Shown here: positions 58,913 through 64,000 of the stretch, piece by piece | Numbering within the stretch: the stretch's first letter is position 1 | Layout: each line of letters starts with the position of its first letter | Assembly (NCBI GenBank): GCA_965214405.1 | Contig: OZ243956.1 | Coordinates: 2,400,001 to 2,464,000, forward strand | Reading direction: 5' to 3' | From: Trueperaceae bacterium | GTDB lineage: Bacteria > Deinococcota > Deinococci > Deinococcales > Trueperaceae | DNA length: 64,000 nucleotides | Translations under genes and position numbers: made by a program | Notes under the pieces: generated by a model | What the model was told of the DNA's origin: nothing | What the model saw: only the letters and a program-made list of their open reading frames with translations | Databases searched by the model: none

Positions 58913-60151
58913 ATGGCAAAACGTCGCGGTAAAGGCGAAGGAACGCTATTCAAGAGAACTAAGAAGCGTAAAGACGGCACTTCCTATGTGGTTTGGGCCG
59001 CCGAAGTCACCGTGGGTTACTCGGATGACGGTAAACAAGTCCGCAAGACCCTCTATGGCAAGACCCAGCGCGAAGTGCTGGAGAAAGTGAGTGAGCTAAA
59101 GGGGCAGGTCGCCGCGGGCACCTTCTCTAACACCCGCACGACGGTAGCGCACTACCTTCAACAGTGGCTCGACTACAAGAAGTTAGAGGTCAAGCCGCGC
59201 AGTCACCAGTTCTACGCCGACTACGTCCGGCTTTACATCGAGCCGCACGTGGGGCGTATCGAGATGTCCAAACTTACGGGGCTGCATATCCAGGCGATGA
59301 TGAAAGAGGTCGCCGGGGGCACGAGCACGGACGCCGCCAACAAGGCCAGGATGGTGCTCACCACCGCCCTGAAGCGGGCCGTGCGGTTGAGGCTTATCCC
59401 GCGCAATCCCGCGGAGGCCGTGGACAAGTTGAAGCATGAAATTAAGGAGATGGTCCTCTGGACGCCGGAGCAGGCGCTGCACTTCTTGGAGGTCGCCAAG
59501 CCGCACAGGCTCTTCGCGGCCTTTTATCTCGCCCTGAGCACCGGCATGAGGCACGGGGAGGTCCTGGGGCTTCGCTGGCAAGACATCGAGGGGGACGTTA
59601 TCACCGTCCGGCAGTCCATCATTACAGTCAAGGGTGCCAAATACGAAGTCAGCACGCCCAAGACGCGTAAGGGCGTCCGGCGGGTCGTGGTCGCCCCGGA
59701 CACGCTCGCCGTTCTGGCTGAGCATAAAAAGCGGCAGGAGACGGAGCGGAACTATCTCGGCGAGGCGTGGGAGGAGAGCGGCCTGGTCTTCACGAACGAG
59801 TTCGGCGGCGTGCTCGTGCCGCGCAACTTTGACCGGGTCTGGTACGCGCTCCGGAAAAAGTCGGGGCTCCCCCGCGTTCGCTTTCACGACCTCCGGCATC
59901 TGCACGTCTCACTCCTCATCGACCAAAACGTCCAGCCTCGCGCGGTGGCGGACCGCGTAGGGCACACCGACCCGTCTTTCACCATGAGGGTGTACAGCCA
60001 CATGTTCGAGGCGCGGCGTCGTGCTGTGGCGGTGTCTCTCACGGACATGCTGGGCTCCAAAAACGAAGAGGCTGAAGAAGAGGGTGCTAGGGTCTGTCTG
60101 ACTAAAGCTAAATTTAGCGTTCCTGACGGACCTAAAGGGTGTTCAGCCTAA
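58913..60151 (+). CDS. Tyrosine recombinase (phage/ICE-type integrase)
   Basis: AGGAGG RBS; arm-binding N-terminus KRRGKGEG; TGMRHGE, FHDLRH, VGH, VYSH catalytic motifs. Confidence 0.95.
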   Translation: MAKRRGKGEGTLFKRTKKRKDGTSYVVWAAEVTVGYSDDGKQVRKTLYGKTQREVLEKVSELKGQVAAGTFSNTRTTVAHYLQQWLDYKKLEVKPRSHQFYADYVRLYIEPHVGRIEMSKLTGLHIQAMMKEVAGGTSTDAANKARMVLTTALKRAVRLRLIPRNPAEAVDKLKHEIKEMVLWTPEQALHFLEVAKPHRLFAAFYLALSTGMRHGEVLGLRWQDIEGDVITVRQSIITVKGAKYEVSTPKTRKGVRRVVVAPDTLAVLAEHKKRQETERNYLGEAWEESGLVFTNEFGGVLVPRNFDRVWYALRKKSGLPRVRFHDLRHLHVSLLIDQNVQPRAVADRVGHTDPSFTMRVYSHMFEARRRAVAVSLTDMLGSKNEEAEEEGARVCLTKAKFSVPDGPKGCSA

Positions 60152-60205
60152 AAGGGTGATTTGTACGTGCAGTACGGCATTCAGACCTAATTAGTCAGAC
60201 AGACC
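60091..60205. mobile_element. 115-bp MITE inserted in the integrase 3' end
   Basis: 15-bp IRs GGTCTGTCTGACTAA / TTAGTCAGACAGACC; CTAG on both flanks (60087-60090 / 60206-60209). Confidence 0.82.
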
Positions 60206-60228
60206 CTAGCAAGAAGAACGAGGAAGAA

Positions 60229-60253
60229 CTATAAGCTGTACTTAAGCTGTACT
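60229..60253 (+). repeat. Putative integrase arm-binding site (right)
   Basis: Identical to 23556-23580. Confidence 0.8.
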
Positions 60254-60264
60254 CGGCCAAAACT

Positions 60265-60299
60265 AAGACCCCCACCGTTTGGTGGGGGTCTTTTCTTTT
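60265..60299. terminator. Island-supplied terminator between convergent integrase and tRNA
   Basis: AAGACCCCCACC/GGTGGGGGTCTT stem with T-run. Confidence 0.8.
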
Positions 60300-60320
60300 G
60301 CGCCTGTGACGCTTCTTCTC

Positions 60321-60395
60321 TGGCTCCGCGACCTGGATTCGAACCAGGGACCATTCGATTAACAGTCGAACGCTCTACCGCTGAGCTATCGCGGA
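60321..60395 (-). tRNA. tRNA-Asn (GTT)
   Basis: TCCGCGATAGCTCAGCGGTAGAGCGTTCGACT-GTT-AATCGAATGGTCCCTGGTTCGAATCCAGGTCGCGGAGCCA; 75-nt cloverleaf with encoded CCA. Confidence 0.98.
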
Positions 60396-60421
60396 CCGCG
60401 CGCCCCTGAGGGCGAACGTTT

Positions 60422-60450
60422 ATAGTAACAAAGCTTTGGGGCTTTGGCAA
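60422..60450 (-). promoter_or_regulatory. Sigma70-type promoter of tRNA-Asn
   Basis: TTGCCA-N17-TACTAT on minus strand. Confidence 0.75.
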
Positions 60451-60453
60451 GTC

Positions 60454-62364
60454 TTAAAGTTGCTCTAAGTAGGTATAGCCCACGAGCTCCGCGTTGTAAA
60501 GCGACAAGAGCTTTTCGCCCTCTTCGGGGCTGAGCGAACCCGCCTCGCTTATTTCTTCTTTTAACCACCCGCGGAGTTCGGGAGCCTCGTAGCCCATGTT
60601 TTCAATCACGCGGCGCGCTTTTTGACCGCCGACGAAGCGCTCGAGCACAAACGCGTCCTCCCCCGTTACCCGGACGTGCGCCTCGTTCACGCGGCCAAAG
60701 AGGTTGTGCGCGTTCGCCAGCACGTCTTGATAGGCGCCCGTCAAGAAAATGCCCAAGTCATAAGGTTCGCCGGGCCGCAGCTCGTGGAGCGGCAGCGTGT
60801 CCTTGACGTCGCGCAGATCGACGAACTTGTTGACCTTGCCGTCGCTGTCGCACGAGATATCGACCAGGGTGGCGTCCCTGGTGGGGCGCTCATTCAGGCG
60901 GTGTAAGGGCATCACGGGAAAGAGCGCGCCGATGGCCCAGTGGTCGGGCACGCTCTGGAAGAGCGAGAAGTTGCAGATGTACTTGTCCGCCAACAGCTTG
61001 GGCAGGTCCTCGAAGTCGTCGGGCACGTAGTCTAGATCGCGGACCACCCGCGCCACCCTGAGCAGGATTTGGTTGTAGAGGGTTTCAACGTGCGCGCGCT
61101 CGAGCAGACTCAGATAGCCCAGGTCGAAAAGGTTGTGCATCGTGTCTTTGTTGTCCTGCGCGTCGTGATAGACCTCGCGGTAGTTTTTGAGCGTGACGTT
61201 GTCTAAAAGTTCGCGCATGTCCTTGACGAGCGCGTGGGTTTCGCCCGGCAGGGGCGGCAGCTCGGGCGGTTGCCGCGTCGGGCCGATGGTGCCCACCACG
61301 GGCACCACCACCACCGCGTGGTGCGCGGTGAGCGCGCGGCCCGATTCGGTCACGACCACCGGATGAGGGGTCTCGGTCTCGTTACAGGTTTCTAAAATCG
61401 TGTAGACAACCGTGTCGGCGTACTCTTGCAAGCCGTAGTTGGCCGAGGCGTAAAAGGTCGTTTTGGAGCCGTCGTAGTCCACCGCCAAACCGCCGCCGAC
61501 GTTGAGGTACTGTACCGGCACCCCCAGCTCGCGCAGCTCCACGTAAGCCTGCGCGGCCTCGCGCACGGCGGAGCGGACTTTACGCACGTCGGTGACTTGC
61601 GAGCCGACGTGACAGTGGAGCATTTGCAGCGTGTGAAGCATCCCGCGCGCGCGCAGGCGCTCGGCCACGTTCATGATTTCGCCCGCGGAAAGCCCGAACT
61701 TGGCGTTATCGCCGCCCGACGCCTCCCACTGGCCCGAGCCGCGCGCGTGGAGCTTGAAGCGGACGCCGATGGCGGGCTCGACCCCCACCTCCTGGGAGAT
61801 GCGCAGCACGCGCTCGAGCTCCTCCAGTTTCTCTAACGTAATCACCACGTTTTTGCCCAGCTTGCGCCCCCAGAGCGCCAAACGCACAAAATCGTCGTCC
61901 TTGAAGCCGTTGCAGCAAAGGAGCGCCTCGGGGTGAAGGTCCTGGACCAGACAGAGCGCCAGCTCGGCCTTGCTCCCGGCCTCCAAGCCGGTGCGAAAGC
62001 GCGCGCCGTATTCCGCGATGGTCTCGACCACCACGCGCCGCTGATTGACCTTGATGGGAAACACGCCCTGGTAGCCGTTACGGTAGCCGAACTTTTCCGC
62101 GGCCCTGTGAAACGCGCCGTTAAGCCTCTCCAAGCGGTCTTCGATAATCTGCGGAAAGCGCAGAATCATCGGGAACGACTCGCCTCGAGCGCGCAACGCC
62201 GCCAATACGCTCTCTATCGCCACGCTCGGCCCCTCTTTTTGACCCGCCACGCGCGCCAAGCCGTCCGCGCCCACGCTAAAATGGCCGGAACTCCAGTACG
62301 GCACGCCGTAGAGTTCGGCGGCGTCGCTCACCGTAAAGCGGGTTTTATCGATAACCTTTGGCAA
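60454..62364 (-). CDS. speA: Biosynthetic arginine decarboxylase
   Basis: FPIKVNQ, LEAGSKAEL, CNGFKD, HVGSQ, CDSDG, GAYQD; TTG start after GGAGG. Confidence 0.95.
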   Translation of the reverse strand: MPKVIDKTRFTVSDAAELYGVPYWSSGHFSVGADGLARVAGQKEGPSVAIESVLAALRARGESFPMILRFPQIIEDRLERLNGAFHRAAEKFGYRNGYQGVFPIKVNQRRVVVETIAEYGARFRTGLEAGSKAELALCLVQDLHPEALLCCNGFKDDDFVRLALWGRKLGKNVVITLEKLEELERVLRISQEVGVEPAIGVRFKLHARGSGQWEASGGDNAKFGLSAGEIMNVAERLRARGMLHTLQMLHCHVGSQVTDVRKVRSAVREAAQAYVELRELGVPVQYLNVGGGLAVDYDGSKTTFYASANYGLQEYADTVVYTILETCNETETPHPVVVTESGRALTAHHAVVVVPVVGTIGPTRQPPELPPLPGETHALVKDMRELLDNVTLKNYREVYHDAQDNKDTMHNLFDLGYLSLLERAHVETLYNQILLRVARVVRDLDYVPDDFEDLPKLLADKYICNFSLFQSVPDHWAIGALFPVMPLHRLNERPTRDATLVDISCDSDGKVNKFVDLRDVKDTLPLHELRPGEPYDLGIFLTGAYQDVLANAHNLFGRVNEAHVRVTGEDAFVLERFVGGQKARRVIENMGYEAPELRGWLKEEISEAGSLSPEEGEKLLSLYNAELVGYTYLEQL

Positions 62365-63058
62365 TGTTGACCTCCAAGCCCGGATGAGGCTGAAAATTTT
62401 GTAAACACTCGCCTGTGTACCTCGTCTGCACACGGCTTGCACCACCGGCGCGTTTTTGGTTTTTTGGGACGTTCTGCTGGTTGAGGATGAGGCGCGCTTT
62501 GGGCTCTCGCCGCTGACACCCTCGAGCCTAGCCAACTCATTTAGGCTAGCACGCCGGAGGTTACAGACGTAGTTGCGCGCCTGTCATCTCGTGAACCCTT
62601 GATGTGTAGCGCGTTAGCCGAACGCCCAGAGCGCAGCGTTGTCCCGCGTAGCTCCGAAAAAGCTTGTCATCCTCCTCATGTGTGGTTTAATACTTGAGCC
62701 TGTAAGGTGAAAAATTTTACACAGGGAGGTGGCAGCGTATCCGTACCAGCACCGCGTATAGCCTCACAGCCGCGTGGAGAGAGCGCGACCGGAGGCGCAA
62801 CGTTAGCCCGTACACTCTCAACGGAGGTCTTTTGTCGATACACCGAACCGACCACACAACCTGACTGGATAACTTACCGGATAACCTACGGGTCGTCCGC
62901 TTCAAAAAAGGCGCTTTATAACACGCACTACCTCTACAATCCCAGGTTTAAGTTTTGGTTTACGCAGACTAACTTTAGATTGACAGCGCCCGACGGTAAC
63001 AGCCACACCCTGGAGCGGCCCCTAAACCCTCTCGACCGCGACGATGCAGAGGAGACGT

Positions 63059-64000
63059 ATGCTTAACGCAAAGAAAAGCCTAGCGCAACGGGGATGGCTA
63101 CTCGCCATTCTTGTCGGCGTGACGCTTACGCTTGCGGCCTGTAGCACTGAAGAAGACCAAGTGCCAGCCGCGAACGGTACCGCCACCTTCGAATTTTCGG
63201 TTGACCCGACCGCGCAAACGGTCACGCTCGCCCAACCCAACAAAGGGCTTTCACCCCAGCAGGAGACCACGCCCGGTGAGGCGAGAGTGCTCCTGCAAGG
63301 CCAAGAAATCATCCTCGCGTCTCTAAGAGGTTCTTTCCGAGATGACAACATGCTCGTCATCGAGGCCTCATTCAGGAACGCAACCGACACGCTTTCCTTC
63401 CTCCAGCCCTTCTTCTTCACCGTCAACGAGGCCACCGAGAACATCGTCTCGTCCGAAGAGCCCACGGTTACGGACGACGACTTGGGCGGCGACGGAGTTC
63501 TGGAGCCGCTCGAGATCACCTCGATCTTGACCTTTAGAGTGCAGCACAGGGGCGAAGCCTTCACCTATTTGGTCGACGCGAACGCGGTAGTTGAAGCCGC
63601 GACGGGTACGGGCACCGGCACGGTGTCGGGCTACGTCGTCAACCGCAAGGCGGGCACCGCCCTCGAGGGCACCACCGTCACCGTGGAGGGCGTGGGCGAG
63701 GTTGCCACGACGAACGAAAACGGCTTCTACTCCTTTGCAGCGCCCGCGGGTCTGCACACGCTCACCTTTAACCAGGATGGTTACGCCGAGTCGCGCGTCG
63801 AGGGCTTAGCGGTCGAGACGGGCGAGGAAACCCAGTACAGCACCATCCAGCAGCAAATCTTCGACCCCTTCTTGCCGGTCGAAGCGCCCAGCTTGTCCGT
63901 AAACGTGAGTAACGGCGACCTCTTGACGGGCGACGCCGAAAACAACGCCTTTACCGTGACCATCAGCGGCGAGGTCGTTAACCCCAACGTCAACGGCTTT
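63059..64000 (+). CDS. Lipoprotein with carboxypeptidase-regulatory-like beta-sandwich domain (runs off window)
   Basis: GAGGAG RBS; MLNAKKSLAQRGWLLAILVGVTLTLAAC; GTVSGYVV...LEGTTVTV..TTNENGFYSF. Confidence 0.75.
   Translation, partial: MLNAKKSLAQRGWLLAILVGVTLTLAACSTEEDQVPAANGTATFEFSVDPTAQTVTLAQPNKGLSPQQETTPGEARVLLQGQEIILASLRGSFRDDNMLVIEASFRNATDTLSFLQPFFFTVNEATENIVSSEEPTVTDDDLGGDGVLEPLEITSILTFRVQHRGEAFTYLVDANAVVEAATGTGTGTVSGYVVNRKAGTALEGTTVTVEGVGEVATTNENGFYSFAAPAGLHTLTFNQDGYAESRVEGLAVETGEETQYSTIQQQIFDPFLPVEAPSLSVNVSNGDLLTGDAENNAFTVTISGEVVNPNVNGF

Larger units (their letters stand above)
23399..60366. mobile_element. ~37 kb tRNA-Asn-integrated genomic island (integrative element with defence cargo)
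   Basis: 46-bp direct repeats, tyrosine integrase next to the intact tRNA, excisionase, arm repeats, mosaic GC. Confidence 0.95.

Noticed and set aside
23399..60366. Prophage or self-transmissible ICE; retron or DGR
   Set aside because: No capsid, terminase, tail, relaxase, VirB4/VirD4 or reverse transcriptase motifs recognised
62866..62891. GGATAACTTACC/GGATAACCTACG tandem as DnaA boxes or operator
   Set aside because: Two short copies with poor match to TGTGGATAA; insufficient evidence

Overview
GC-rich bacterial chromosome segment, probably Deinococcota (Trueperaceae-like). That call is inferred from the nadD-yqeK-LCP-rsfS gene order, many leaderless TAnnnT-N6-8-ATG starts and heavy CTCGAG enrichment. 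Bases 1-23.3 kb and 60.4-64 kb are host backbone: rodA, acyl-CoA carboxylase beta, trpF, yraN, rsfS, LCP, yqeK, nadD, a Liv-type ABC/acyl-CoA synthetase cluster, UDP-GlcA decarboxylase, a Kelch lipoprotein, speA and one ISKra4/ISLre2-like IS. Bases 23,399-60,366 are a ~37 kb genomic island integrated in the 3' half of tRNA-Asn(GTT), with 46-bp att duplications and identical 25-bp arm-type sites. The island carries four blocks: (i) a low-GC secreted pair (a giant HlyD-like protein and a repeat-bearing putative polymorphic toxin) among IS/MITE debris; (ii) a complete type 1 BREX system with three TA modules inserted between pglX and pglZ and a low-GC PglX specificity segment; (iii) an ArdC / SSB-tail-mimic / GGDEF module; (iv) a core of excisionase, DUF3987 protein and tyrosine integrase. 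The best candidate for an undescribed system is the ~1.4 kb non-coding region before the excisionase. It holds four units sharing a TTGAC-N8-TAnnAy-GAArGTA header, each followed by hairpins and a terminator-like stem. Two units are paralogues with compensatory base changes, and the region sits next to a stand-alone IS630-type HTH gene. All family calls come from motif recognition by eye, not database searches.
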